Of a DNA stretch of 64,000 nt, positions 50,046 through 63,502 are shown in pieces. The position numbers and the translations under genes are program-made. The DNA lies in contig NC_043008.1 of the NCBI RefSeq assembly GCF_006345805.1, positions 12,028,001-12,092,000 of the forward strand, written 5' to 3'. This DNA is from Octopus sinensis. Lineage: Eukaryota. Within the stretch, counting starts at the first letter, position 1. Every line of letters begins with the position of its first letter. The notes beneath the pieces are model-generated. The model ran no database searches. It was not told the DNA's origin and saw only the letters and a list, made by a program, of their open reading frames with translations.

Positions 50046-50929
50046 TGTGTGGTGTGTGTGTGTGTTATGTGTGTGTGTGTGTACAAACAACACGTACATA
50101 TGTATATATATATATATATATATATGTACACGTATATATTTACATGCTTGTACAGGTTGAGGAGTGGCTCTGTGGTAAGTAGCTTGCTTACCAACTGGCG
50201 GCTCAGTGGTTACCGATGATGTTAACTTGTTCTTCTTTTCGGATTATGCCTGCTGTGCTTAGAGAGTGGGATTGACTCACTGCACAGCCTTTCCTCACTT
50301 TAGAAAAGTTTTGTTGCTCAGGCATTGCACGATAACAACATTGATTGAGCTTCGTGCTCAATCGATAACGAGGGGGCAGCCACCATATGTATGTATGTAT
50401 GTAGGTAGGTAGTATGATAAAATATTTAGACTGGGCAGTTGTAGATGGCACAAAATCATTTACAAATAGATATATTAAAGTTCAGTACAAAGTTATATAA
50501 ACCGTAGAAACTGCAAAGGAAAGCCGGAAAATTGAGAATGTGAATTTGATAGAAATTCTTTATGAATAGATATGTATTTCCAGAGAGATTTTACTTTGGT
50601 ATTATCGATATAATATGAGAATCCATGCAATCGTTTGTAGTGGTTCATCTTCTTTAAGTACGGGAAAATCGGTAGATTTCAGACTTGAACCTCAAAGTTA
50701 AGAGTATTCAAATACGGTAATATTTTACAGCTGTTTCTGTGGTGTACTGTTCTGTGTGTTCAGTAATGTGCATTGTGAGTACATGCAGAAAATAAACATT
50801 CCTTTATTGAATGTATATAAGATAAATTTTAAATTACGTAAACCACTTATTCCATCCTCAGAATGGAATGATATTGTATCTATATATTTAAACACACGTA
50901 AAATCACACAAATCTGTATGCTGCAACTC

Positions 50930-50964
<35 letters not shown>

Positions 50965-51289
50965 ATATATATATTATATATATGAAAAAACAAGTCAAGA
51001 TAGAAAATGCTAAAATAATTTACAAAGAACATTTGAGTACCGGTTTCAGTCATTGAGATTTTTCAACTGTAACAATTAAATAATTAAATTTAGAAAAATT
51101 AAAAGAAAAGTTTTTTAAAAGAATATTTGCATAGTGTTCAAATACAAGTGGTATTTTCCTTGTTTCTACCTGTCTCTGTGTCTCTTGTTTACTCTTGTGG
51201 ATTAGAGGACGTTGTGAATTCTTGGTAGGGGAGAAGAAGAAGGAGGACTATATATATATGGTCAGCAAATCTCACCAGTTTTTCTGACG

Positions 51290-51560
51290 ACACAAAAGTA
51301 TCTCATGCAGTTAGGAACCCAGAGGACATAATAAACCTGAAGAAAGACATAAATGAAATATACAGGTGAGCTAACAAAAGTGACCTGCAGTTCAATGGTA
51401 TGAAAATTTGGGCACTCCATTCTCGGCCCAACACCAGGCTACAATCGGAATACACTGGACCAGAAGCTAATACGATCCCAGATTTAGAGTCAGAGCGTGC
51501 CTGGGGTATCACATGAGCAATGATGCAATATTTCATGTGCGTATTACCAATAAGGCTGTT
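51290..51560 (+). pseudogene. CR1/L2-group LINE RT fragment (region after the catalytic motif)
   Basis: Translation INLKKDINEIYR*ANKSDLQFNGMKI..EYTGPEANTIPDLESERAWGI matches LQxDLxxIYxWA..MxFNxxK..YTGP..VRDLGI. Confidence 0.7.
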
Positions 51561-51845
51561 CGACAAGAAATATGCGAAACTCTTGCATGTCGCCTAACGA
51601 CGGGTGAGTCTGTGGTATATTAGTGTATTCACCATGTCGAAAAGTATTATAGGTAGTTATATACTACCTACATTGCGTAAGTAAAAATACGTAATCTGTT
51701 GATAGTGAAACATGTTTGTGATAAATCTATATATTTGTAACTTTCATTACGTTCTGGTGTTTGCTAAATTTTCTTGAGAAAATTTCTTAGTGGTAAGACC
51801 ATAGCGGATCTACTTCTAGCATAAGGGTTGTCCACATAATGGTCA

Positions 51846-52053
<208 letters not shown>

Positions 52054-53023
52054 ACAACACTTATTTAAAATAGCAGCAGAAATTTTTAAAAAGCTATTAC
52101 TCGGAGTTCACGTTTCCGTTCGTCGGACAGTTTTGTTAACAAAATTTCTGCTGCTTTTATTCAATGACACTCCTACTATTCTTCATGTTGAGGTGAGAGT
52201 AATAGTAGGTATAGAGACTGTGAGGGCGGTGGCGATGACAGACAGAGGGACAAAGAGAGAAAGAAAGAGAGAAGCAGAGAGAAACAGAAATTTTGGGAGA
52301 GTTAATTATGTTTTAGTAAGAGTAGTAGTGTTGGTGGTGGCAGTGGGAGTAATAATAAGAAAGAGAAAGAGAGAGAGAGAGAGAGAGAGAAGAGTGGGTG
52401 TGTGAGAGAAATAGGGACTGAACACTGAAGTAACACGCCGAATAACATACAGAACGAACACTACATTTAGCCTTTTTGTAATGGAAGTAGCGTGATACTA
52501 TTACTATGAGCTGAAGTTGTGATAGAGGCGGGGCGGCAGTGATGATGGTAGCGGTGGTGGTGCTGGTCGGGGATGACGGTGAGAGTAAGCGATGTGCAGG
52601 ACAATGGTGATGGTGGTGGAGGGGAAGGCGGCGAAATCAAAGGTATTGATGGTGGTGGCGTCAGAAATCTGAATGTTGTGTGTAAGGCACTTACAGTAGC
52701 GATGGTGGTGGTACTGGTGATAGTTGAAAACAACCAACAGAAAGAGAGAGTAAGAAAGCGGTTAGGCTGAAAACAATTGTATTTCCCCGAATGGGAAGGC
52801 AAAAAATCTTGTTTCTCATGAAACTTTGCAATAAGTTCCAAGTGGACAAATTATATCATTGTTTTGATGAAAATTGTTCATTGCTTGGTAAATATTGGCC
52901 AAGTTTAATAAAATTTAATATTTACTCAATGCATGAAGTGTCATTGTTGGACTCAAGGTCCATTGAACAGCCCTTCACAGGAGCTAGTTCAAAAGCCCCC
53001 CGATAAGGTGACTCTTAAGCTAG

Positions 53024-53076
<53 letters not shown>

Positions 53077-53261
53077 ATAATATTATATATATATATATTA
53101 TATATATATATATATTATATATACGTATATACATATATATATACAATATATACATATACATATTATATATATATATATATATATTCATATATATATATAT
53201 ATATATATATAATCAGATCGCCATGTTGATTCGCTAGCCTCTGCAAGCATTTTTTCTCTCT

Positions 53262-53431
53262 CCTTGTTTCTTTGTGTGTTTCTTTTCTGTGTATCTTTCT
53301 GATGAAAAGCGTAGGCTCGCAAAACGTAAAAGACTTGTTTTATTTATATTCCTGAGCGCCATACTAATACAATTGTTTGTTTGTATTCCACCTACCTTCG
53401 TCTTTTGTTTATTTTCATAAAGCTTCCCGTT

Positions 53432-53432
<1 letters not shown>
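53262..53432 (+). mobile_element. Family E hammerhead element
   Basis: TCTTT-CTGATGA-AAAGC(gtag)GCTC-GCAAAAC-GTA-AAAGA at 53294-53333, then TTCCTGAGCG and a tail into (TA)n. Confidence 0.75.
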
Positions 53433-53472
<40 letters not shown>

Positions 53473-53486
53473 TATATTATATATAT

Positions 53487-53630
53487 AGGAGAGTTCACTA
53501 AAAAACGAAAGACGAAGACAGGTGGTGTTTAAAACAAACAGATGTAATAGTATAACGCTCAGGAAATTGAAAAAGTCTTTTACGTTTCGAGCCTACGCTC
53601 TTCTACGGAAAGGGACACAGAAAATAAAAT
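53487..53630 (-). mobile_element. Family E hammerhead element, inverted partner
   Basis: Minus strand CCTTT-CCGTAGA-A-GAGC(gtag)GCTC-GAAAC-GTA-AAAGA at 53576-53613, then TTCCTGAGCG and a tail into the same (TA)n. Confidence 0.75.
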
Positions 53631-53870
53631 ATGTGTAATGGATACCGATGGAGCCGTTTGAAACGGTCGTACTGCATTACTACTTGATATCGTGCAGCTC
53701 GTTTGTATATATATATATTATATGGTGTGTGTGTGTGTGTGTGTGTTGTGTGTGTATGTATAATTGTATACACATGTATATGCATGCCAATATTTATATA
53801 TGCATTTAAACTGACAGATATACACACATATACATACACTTATGTATATATCTATATCTATATATATATA

Positions 53871-53926
<56 letters not shown>

Positions 53927-55251
53927 ATTCAGACGCACACTCGCGCAGTCATTCACACATATATACACACAACCAGGCACATATATTTAATGTGTAAATT
54001 TCTAAACGTCAAATCTGTAACATTTAATTAGACGTTTAATGTCATTAATAATTTCGCTAGTTTGTTAGTTTTGAATATAAATATATTACCATACTCTAGC
54101 TGTCTTATACCAATCTTAATTTAATTTCTAAAGTTTTTATTCTAAATATATCAAAGAGGTTAGATTTGATATACTTCATTAAACTAATAATTATTTGTCT
54201 TCGTACTTCGTAATGATGAGTTTTGCTCCATATTTTGCGTAAATCTGTAACCTAAATTTGCTTGTTGGATATAAATGACTATAAATTGTATATGTCTGTC
54301 AGAGTCTGTGTGAGAAAATTCACGTTGCCGGTCATTTGATTGTGACTGATCTTGTCTAGGCAAGCAGTTGCCATCAGGTGCTTAATACTGACGATACTCA
54401 ACTGGGTGGAAATGCGCATTGTGGTGTACTACGACTACTGCTAGACGATATACGTTTCGCTATTTATATATCATGTTCTATTTAAAACTGTACGTCTACA
54501 ATAGATATTATCTCAAGATGAATAAGCCTGTTAATTTGGTTTTCCACGGTGACACGCAGAATGCTTATTTAAACTAATATTGCTTCTGATGCACAAAATG
54601 AATACACATTTGCACACCTACATACATACAAACTTACCTATATACATAGAGACATACATACAGTCAGACAAACAGACAGACAGACATGCATACAGACAAA
54701 CATACATACAGACAGACACATATATATATATAATAGATGCAGGAAAAACGGAAGATAGATTTGACACTAGTCTTTATTCAGTATGATGATCGTTTCGGCT
54801 CATTCTACAGCTACCCGATACGGGTAGGGTTTTGTGCATCTAAATAGTTGCATCAATGCATGCCGCTTGCGTCACATCAGGTACATGCATGGAGAAGAGG
54901 TTGCTCCTATAAATGTACTGATATGTTCTTCGTGCCTACTGTATCTTGGTTTTAATTACATATATATATATATGTGTGTTCCGGCTAACACAAGAGAAAA
55001 CACCCACTAAGTAGGTAATACAATAATAACTTTTCGCTTTACATGTTTCCATTGCTTTTGACAATGCTTTGACGATGCCTTGTTTGACAGATAGTGTATG
55101 CGTATATGCACACACACTCGTATGTACGTATTGTCTACGTACTATACTGTGTAGCCGGCAAAATATAAAATAACAATGCGCATGCGCGAAATTACAATTA
55201 TAAAATGGCAACAATTTATCATGTACACACAACACATATATATACGACAAG

Positions 55252-55400
55252 CTTATTTCAGTTTCCGTTTACCAAATCCACTCATAAGACTTTGGCTGCC
55301 CCGAGGCTATAGTAGCAGATACTTGCCCAAGTTGACTCGTCGTCGAACAGAACCCAGAAACATGTTGTTGGGAAGTAAGCTTCTTACCAGACAGCCACAC
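55252..55400 (-). mobile_element. SINE family A, 5' half
   Basis: TTTCAGTTTCCGTTTACCAAATCCACTCA...GCTTCTTACCAGACAGCCAC. Confidence 0.8.
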
Positions 55401-55473
55401 CTATATATATATATGTGTGTGTGTGTGCGTGTGTGTGTGTATATATACGTATGTATGTATATATATATATATA

Positions 55474-55557
<84 letters not shown>

Positions 55558-56284
55558 ATGTATTTGTCAGCGTGTGGTTGTGCCTGTCTATATATTTGGA
55601 TGTTCCTGTCTTGTGTTCTTCATCTCAAACCTTGACAACAGGCGTTACTTTGGTTACTTGTCTGTAAATAAGTGGTTTAGCAAAAGAGATTGATAACGGA
55701 AGGAAGCGGTAAGGGCGAGTTCAAAACGGAAGCAGTGGGTCAGTATTTCCACAGGTCAATGCCTGAAACACGTCAAAGAAATAAAAAAAAACTATATAGC
55801 AATGAATAATCGATGTTTCAAAATGAATCAACGCGGAGAAATGGTTTGTCAAATGCCTTTATCTCTCTGGTGGTTTGGTAAACAATTCACCTTTATCATC
55901 AACCAACGACATACCGATAAGTTTCGCGCTGCTTGGTATTATTTCAGACAAGCTTCATCCTGTAGCTACATATTTAATTCATATATCCAAGCGAATGAAG
56001 CTACTCATTGACAAATGCGTTTTTTATTGGGTCTGACAAGACAGAATATTTAAAAATATGTATCATTCTCGCTGGCATAGATTTGGGGCTATATTATTTG
56101 CTTCGATTTGCTCAAAAAAATATAGAAAAAATACAATAAATTGCTGAAATACTTGGCCACTCAAAACATATATATTCATTAAACACGCGTGCCAGCATAC
56201 ACACGCACACACATTCTCACACGCATATATGTACATATGTGTATGTATACAAACATACAAGTGTGTGCGTGTATATATATATGT

Positions 56285-56541
56285 AGGCGCAGGAGTGGCT
56301 GTGTGGTAAGTAGCTTGCTTACCAACCGCATGGTTCCGGGTTCAGTCCCACTGCGTGGCATCTTGGGCAAGTGTCTTCTACTATAGCCTCGGGCCGACCA
56401 AACTGAAAGCAAAAGAGACCGATAGAATAAGTACTAGGCTTACAAAGAACAAGGGGTCCTGGGGTCGATTTGTTCGACTAAAGGCGGTGCTTCAGCATGG
56501 CCGCAGTCACATGACTGAAACAAGTAAAAGAGTAAAAGAGT
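56285..56541 (+). mobile_element. SINE family A with internal deletion
   Basis: GGGCCGACCAAA is joined directly to GCAAAAGAGACCGATAG; head and tail are intact. Confidence 0.88.
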
Positions 56542-56589
56542 ATATATATATATATATATGTTTGTGTGTGTTTGTGTGTGTGGTGTGTG

Positions 56590-57040
56590 TGTGTGTGTGT
56601 GTGTGTAGATGCAGGCGTGTCTGTATTGTAAAAACTTTACTTCGTAGTCACATGGTTCTGGCTTCAGTCCCACTGCGAGGTACCTTGGGCAAGTGAGTAG
56701 ATTTGGTACACAGTACATATATATTATATGTGTGTTTGTGTGTGTGTCTGTGCCTGTGAGTGTGTGTGTGCGTGTGTTTGAATGTCCTTGTATCAGCATT
56801 TGTCTCGCATCACCGCTTGACAACCGGTGTTCGTATGTTTACACGCCTCTAAGTTTGCAGTCCAGCAAAAGAGCGCGATCGAATAAAAAAAAAACCATAA
56901 CGGGGGACACTGCTTTGAAGAGCTTTTCCGTCGGTCCCTTCAACAACAAAAAAAAAAAGAAAGAAAAATTCATCAAGGCAGTGCCCCCGCATAGCCGCAA
57001 TCAACTAGCTGAAATCATCAAACAAAGATACAAGATAAAA
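56590..57040 (+). mobile_element. SINE family A, old diverged copy
   Basis: CACATGGTTCTGGCTTCAGTCCCACTGCG..CCTTGGGCAAGTG..CCGCTTGACAACCGG..AAGGCAGTGCCCCCGCATAGCCGC. Confidence 0.7.
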
Positions 57041-57597
57041 AAAAGATACACTTTAGTACGAATTACTCGAACATAAAAACACAACTTATTCATATATTTT
57101 AAGACGTTATACGATATAACGTCACGAGTGTTATGTTTTTTCTACAGTTCTCTATTCTAAAGAAATCAGCTATAATTATCCTCTATAACAATTTAGCATT
57201 CGAGTGCAACCTAATAAGATCAGTCTACGAATGTTATCATACAACCTGATACGTTTGCTATTTGTTATTTCTCTGCTTGTAATTATCATCATTAACATTA
57301 ACTTTAGAGGTAGAAGCAGTTGATGGTATGGGATTGTGTTGGGTTTTGTATTTCTTGGGAACTGGAACAAGGAAGGCGTCCAGTAATTTAATGCTGTGAT
57401 CTGACATTAAAAAAAAATCACGTGCTAACATATATTCTGAAATAAAGGGGGGGGGGAAGCCTCAGCCAAGACCCACATTTATGTAAATCAGTAGAGCTCT
57501 GCTTATATACTGAAGATGTGTGAATATGCGTGAGAAAGCGGGAGAAACAGAGACGGACAGGCAAGCAGAGTGTGTGTATGTGTGTGTATATATATAT

Positions 57598-57829
57598 GTT
57601 TCTTTACTACCCACAAGGGGCTAAACATAGAGGGGACAAACAAGGACAGACAAACGGATTAAGTCGATTACATCGGCCCCAGTGCGTAACTGGTACTTTA
57701 TTTATCGACCCCGAAAGGATGAAAGGCAAAGTCGACCTCGGCGGAATTTGAACTCAGAACGTAGCGACGGGCGAAATACCGCGAAGCATTTCGCCCGGCG
57801 TGCTAACGTCTCTGCCAGCTCGCCGCCTT
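57598..57829 (-). mobile_element. SINE family B, full length, near consensus
   Basis: TTTCTTTACTACCCACAAGGGGCTAAAC...CTGCCAGCTCGCCGCCTT. Confidence 0.92.
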
Positions 57830-57877
<48 letters not shown>

Positions 57878-58264
57878 GCTAAGTATATACTTACTTGTAT
57901 GATATTTCTTCGTACGTGTGTGTGAATGTGTGTGTGTGTGTGTAAAATTACTTGACCCATTTGTTAAGCTGTGGTACTTATGACCGATTCCACTACCGAA
58001 TGGAACATTGTGTTCTTGAGCAAGTATTACATTTCACGTTCCTGTAGCCTACTTACCACGAAACGGGAATACATGCAATAGACTCCAGTCTTTGCTCAAG
58101 CACGATGCTGTAATTCCAGTTATGTAAATGTCATGGAAACAGGATAACAGGGCCTATGAGTCCAAAGACTCCCAGTCAATAATGATCAGAAAGCAATGAC
58201 CACACACACATATACATACAGACACACACGCACACACACACATACACACACACATATATATATG

Positions 58265-58441
58265 CGATTTTTTTCCTCTGTCTTCCGTTCTCTGGATCTT
58301 TCCTTCTCCTATGTTTCCGACGAAGAGCTCCGCTCGAAACGTTAAATTCTCCATCTTTCCTTCTTTCCTGAGCGTCCAATAATACTATATTTGTTCCACG
58401 TCCTTGCGTTGTTGTGTTTTTTTTGTGCTTTCTTGTTGGAT

Positions 58442-58445
<4 letters not shown>
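58265..58445 (+). mobile_element. Family E-related hammerhead element between (TA)n tracts
   Basis: GTTT-CCGACGA-A-GAGC(tcc)GCTC-GAAAC-GTT-AAAT at 58313-58347, then TTCCTGAGCG and a T-rich tail into (TA)n. Confidence 0.65.
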
Positions 58446-58504
<59 letters not shown>

Positions 58505-58505
<1 letters not shown>

Positions 58506-58650
58506 TCTTTTATTCTTTAATTCTTTTATTTGTTCCAGGCATTTGGCTGCGGCCATGCTGGGTCACCGCATTTAATCGTACAAATCGACCTCAGGACTTA
58601 TTCTCAGAAAGCTTATTACTTATTCTCTCGGTGTCTATTGCCGAACCGCT
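58505..58650 (-). mobile_element. SINE family A, 3' portion
   Basis: GCTGCGGCCATGCTGGGTCACCGC..TTATTCTCTCGGTGTCTATTGCCGAACCGCTA. Confidence 0.7.
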
Positions 58651-59301
58651 ATATATATTTCGAAGATTCAACCAGCCAAGCCATCAAATGTGTGTGTGTT
58701 TATGAAAGTGAAAGGAAGAAAGAAAGAGAGAGAGCGGGGGGAGAGAATGAGAGAGAGAGTAAGAGTCAATGGTAGCATGTCCATATATTTATTCTCACTG
58801 AACAATAAAAAGTCCTCGGTTAGAAGAAAGATGTTTCTCAATTCCATAATTCTGTAGGTCGAGGATCGCAAAATCGAATTTAGGTGAACTGACGGATAAG
58901 CGAGCAACATTGTGCGCATCATTACCTACAGCCTATTCTTCCCCTACGTTATACTTCAGCAAAATAAAATCTGGTAATCGTTATTGCATTCATTTGCTTC
59001 TGTATGTTTCGTTTCTCTTATTGCATTATTCTATGTACAACTTTTAGTTTATTCCTCTCTCACCCACAAAATCTATTGAATTCTCTAAACTGCATCCCTA
59101 CAGATTTTCTATAGAATTTAGACCTAGACGTGTAAGTTACGACGGTTTGTACACGAATACGTCTATGTAAACAGTGATGTCGAAAATGGAAAAATAAATA
59201 ATGCGGTGTATATACATATTTCAGGAGTTGTTGCTCTTTCATCAGCACCACATTCAACCCATTAACTTTCAGTGCTACGTTGAAAACATGTAAAGAAATG
59301 T

Positions 59302-59690
59302 AGGCGCAGGAGTGGATGTGCAGTAAGAAGCTTGCTTCCCAACCACATAGTTCCCGTTCAGTCCCACCGCATGCCACATTGGGAAGATGTCTTCTGCTAT
59401 AGCCATGGACTAACCAAAGCCTTGTAAGTGGCTTTGGTAGACGGAAACTGAAAGAAGCCCGTATGTGTGTGCGTGCGTTTGTGTCTGTATTTGTCATCCA
59501 TCACTACATGAGAACCGGTGTTGGTGTGTTTACATATCCGTAACTTAGCGATCCCGCAAAAGAGACCGATAGTATAAATACTAGTATTTAAAAAAAATCT
59601 TGAGATCGATTTGTTCGAGTAAAATCTTTCAAGCTGGTGCTCCAGCATGGCTACATTCAAATTACTGAAACAAGTAAAAGAATAAAAGAA
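59302..59690 (+). mobile_element. SINE family A, diverged full length
   Basis: AGGCGCAGGAGTGG...CTGAAACAAGTAAAAGAATAAAAG. Confidence 0.85.
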
Positions 59691-59953
59691 AACTGTTGAT
59701 TTAGCAGTCTTTAATGTCCTTGCTAGTATATTATAGTTGCAAACCGAAATACGGTGTCCCCACCAGCAATTACCAGAGAACCTATGAACAGTGCGAATTC
59801 CTGAATCAACTGATCTCCTCACATTACATGTTACATTTTATCAGCAAGTGTATGTCGAAATGTGAAACGTAAAATCTTACATCTAAATACCCTGTGACAC
59901 CATAGTGTCGTATCTCCAGTTCATATTTTACTTCAATGCACTTACGCCTAACA

Positions 59954-59996
59954 TTTCAAACTTTCAAACTTTCAAACTTTCAAACTTTCAAACTTT
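59954..59996. repeat. (TTTCAAAC)x5 octanucleotide tandem
   Basis: Directly visible, perfect copies. Confidence 0.9.
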
Positions 59997-60364
59997 AGTG
60001 TATGCGAATTAATGGAACCAAATCTACCTCCCCAAATTGGATGAACGCTAGATTTTATATCCTCTGGTATTATTCATTATAAGAAACGATATCATATAAT
60101 ATTGATGGATTTCAACCATTTGTTCATTTTAAAAACCATAGCGGAAGAAATTTTTTCTGTATTTCAATCAGTCTCCGTACGTGAAACCCATTTGCTGCTG
60201 GTTTTAAAGCTTTAGAGCAACATCGTTTTGAAAGAATTTTTTATTGAATATATTAATGCATGTTGAAATAATATCCTGCGTTACAAAGATAATATCATAA
60301 AGTGTGTATAAGTATACCATCGTGTGTATCTATTGTCTGCGTGAATATGCGTGAGCAGGTTTTG

Positions 60365-60464
60365 NNNNNNNNNNNNNNNNNNNNNNNNNNNNNNNNNNNN
60401 NNNNNNNNNNNNNNNNNNNNNNNNNNNNNNNNNNNNNNNNNNNNNNNNNNNNNNNNNNNNNNNN
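60365..60464. other. Assembly gap (100 N)
   Basis: A run of 100 N. The round length suggests a scaffold gap of unknown size. Confidence 0.98.
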
Positions 60465-60695
60465 GGAGGGGGGGAGAGAGGGAGCGAGATGGAGAGATGT
60501 ATGGATGCATGGAAGGAAGGAGAGGAAGATTGAGAAAGGAGAAAGAATTTTCAGGAGCAAAGCAGGAGAGAGTGTTAAGCTTGTATAAAATATTTGAAGA
60601 AAATAGTGTTTGTGTGTGCGTGTGTGTGTATGTGTTGTGTGTGCGTGTGTGTATGTGTTTGTGTGGTGTGTGTGTGTGAGAGAGAGAGAGAGAGC

Positions 60696-60729
<34 letters not shown>

Positions 60730-61062
60730 AATGGAAAGAGTTAAAGTTGACTGAGAAAATAAGTTAAGCATGGATGGCGGTTGAGGGGTGAGGGTGGAGA
60801 GAAGAAAAAAGAGAAAGTGACTGCATAGAGATGAAAGAAGATGGTTTAAAAGAAGAGGAAGGAAAAAGAAAAGAGCAATCAGGAAAAGGGAGAGAGAGAG
60901 AGGAGGAGGAAGAGGTAGAAATCGATAAGAAGAATGACTTTGGTGAGGCGAGGAATGTTCTGGGTGCTGCAGACAGTAAATTGGTTTCTATAGAATTTTT
61001 CTTCTCATAAAAACGTCTTCCTACCTGATGATGGTGATCAGTTTGTGATTTGCAGCTGATGT

Positions 61063-61101
<39 letters not shown>

Positions 61102-61117
61102 CAATGCTGAGTTATAA

Positions 61118-61290
61118 GGCATGGCTGCGTGGTAAGATGTTTGCTGTCCAACCCACATGGCATGGTTCCGGGTTCGGTCCCACTGCATGGCACCTTGGGC
61201 TGGTGTCTTTTTGCTATAGTCTTCAGGCCGACCAAAACCTTGTGAGTGGATTTGGTAGATGGAAACTGAAAGAAGCCCATCATGTATATA
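61118..61290 (+). mobile_element. SINE family A, 5' half
   Basis: GGCATGGCTGCGTGGTAAG..CACCTTGGGC..GAGTGGATTTGGTAGATGGAAACTGAAAGAAGCCC. Confidence 0.8.
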
Positions 61291-61299
61291 TGTGTGTGT

Positions 61300-61787
61300 G
61301 TTTGTGTGAGTGTGTGTGTGTTGAGTGTGTTGAGTAAAAGCAATATTGAGTGGAGTGTGTTGAGTAAAAGCAGTATTGAGTGGAGTGAGTGCATGTTGAG
61401 TGCTGTATGTTTATGTATGAGTGTGTGTGTGTGTTGAGTATAGGCAATGTTGAGTATAGACAACGTTGAGTGGAGTAAGTGTGTATTGAGTGATGTGTAT
61501 GTGAGTTGAGTATAAGGTATGTTAAGTGGTGTGTGTATGTGTGAGTGTGAGTGTGAGTGAATATAGATGATGTTGTGGGGCATGGGTGTTAAGTATAGGC
61601 TGTGCTGAGGAGAGTGTATGCATGTGAGTGGTGTGCGTGTGAGTGTGAGTGGAGTATAGATGATGTTGTGGGGCATGGATGTTAAGTATAGCCAGTGTTG
61701 AGGGGTAGTGGTGGTGGTGAGTGTGTGTATGTGTGAGTGGAGTACAGATGTTGTTGTGGGGCATTAGTGTTAAGCATTGAGTGTGTC

Positions 61788-61790
<3 letters not shown>
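61300..61790. repeat. GT-rich minisatellite region
   Basis: Recurrent GTGTTGAGT units, then three ~90-100-bp units containing ATAGATGATGTTGTGGGGCATGG.TGTTAAG. Confidence 0.75.
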
Positions 61791-61818
<28 letters not shown>

Positions 61819-62319
61819 ACGTGTGTGTTGAGTGCAAGCTGAGATGATGCTGATTAGCGCATCAGCGTGTGTATACCCGCGTTTAAAGGTGTTTTTTCAC
61901 TACTACTTATATGCGTAGAAGATTTCGGGTGGGCGGGATGGGGGGATGGAGCGGGGGGTGGGGTGGAGATGTATTGAGATAAGTGATGTGTGATTGTGTG
62001 GTGGTGGTGGTGTTGGTGTTGGTGTTGTTGTTTTGTGTTTCGTGGGGGTAGGTTTCTTGTAGGTGTGTTGTTGTCTGTTGACGTAAACTGATGAAATATT
62101 ATGTCAGCTGTAAATAAGTAGTTGGATAAGGTAGGTCGACACATGATCTGCACTGTAGGCACACACACACGTAGTCAAACAGACACACACAAACACACAT
62201 ATGTATGTAATGTATATATATACACACACACACACACACATATATATATCTGTATATATCTGCATATCTACATAATCAACACATTGACAGTCAGTTGCTC
62301 AAGCTAATTAACTTGTGAT

Positions 62320-63200
62320 ATATATATATGCATACACACACACACACACACACACATGCAAACACTGCTTCTTTCTTGCATACACACATATGCACACATG
62401 CACTCACACTCTCTCTCTCTCTCACACACGCATACATACACACTCCATTCTCGCATGCACCCACACACATACGCTCTCTCTCTCTCTCTTTGACACACAC
62501 ACACACACACTCATTCTTCCATGTGCACGCACCCTCACACACATACACACACACTGATTCTTTCTTGCATACACACATACACTCTCCTCCTCTCTCACAT
62601 ACACATGCATACACATACACACTCCATTCTTGCATACACACATACACTTACGCTCTCTCTCTCACACACACATGTATACACACTCCATTCTTGCATGCAC
62701 GCTCTCTCTCACCCACTCTTCCATGTGCACACACACCCACAAATACACACACACACACTGCTTCATTTTTGCAAATACGCATACACTCAATCTCTGTCTC
62801 TCTCTCTCACACACACACACTCATACTCCTATGTGCACACACACCCACACACACATACATTCACGCTCTCTCTCACCCACTCTTCCATATGCACACACAC
62901 ACACACACATACATTCATGCTCTCTCTCACCCACTCTTCCATGTGCACACACACACACACACACACTGCTTCTTTCTTGCATACACACACTACACACTTA
63001 CACACACACACACGCTCTCTCTCTTGTTCTCTCCTTCTTTCTTACACACACACATACACTACTTCTTTCTTGCATACACTCACACACACACACACACTCT
63101 CTTTCTCTCTTGTTCTCTCCTTCTTTCTCTCACACACACACACACACTCTCTCTCTCTCCTTCTCCTCCCCTTCTCTCTCTGTTGCACTCACTCACTCAC
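62320..63200. repeat. CA/CT compound satellite with recurring anchor motifs
   Basis: CTGCTTCTTTCTTGCATACAC and CTCTCTCACCCACTCTTCCATGTGCAC recur between (CA)n/(CT)n runs. It explains the long H/T ORFs. Confidence 0.85.
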
Positions 63201-63502
63201 ACAACACACACTTCCAAAAGACACAGCTAACGAAATCCTCTAATCTCAGATTGCTAATCTCTTCTATTGATCCTAAATCTTTATAAACATGAAAAGCAAA
63301 GTTGACCTCGGAGGGGACTTGAACTCTGAACACAAAATTACAGAACTAAATACCTAAAAGCCATTTTGTTCCATACCTGATTGCCATATCTCCCACCTTT
63401 ATACATTATTAAAAGCTTGGTTCAAATCACAGCAATGATCAGATCTTGCGCTTCTAAGACTCATCCATGGTCATACTCACACACCTTTCTTAAGCTAATT
63501 TC

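Noticed and set aside
50343-50363. GATTGAGC-TTCGT-GCTCAATC hairpin as a terminator
   Set aside because: An 8-bp stem is expected by chance in 64 kb. There is no U-tract, and intrinsic terminators do not apply in this eukaryotic context.
54785-54830. Minus-strand CTGTAGA..GAGCC-GAAACGATC and TACCCG/CGGGTA hairpin
   Set aside because: Stem II lacks its 5' strand; too degenerate to call.
60295-60771. ORFs spanning the N run
   Set aside because: Artefacts of translating through an assembly gap.
62328-63286. 200-300-aa His/Thr-rich ORFs
   Set aside because: CA/CT satellite lacks stop codons by composition.
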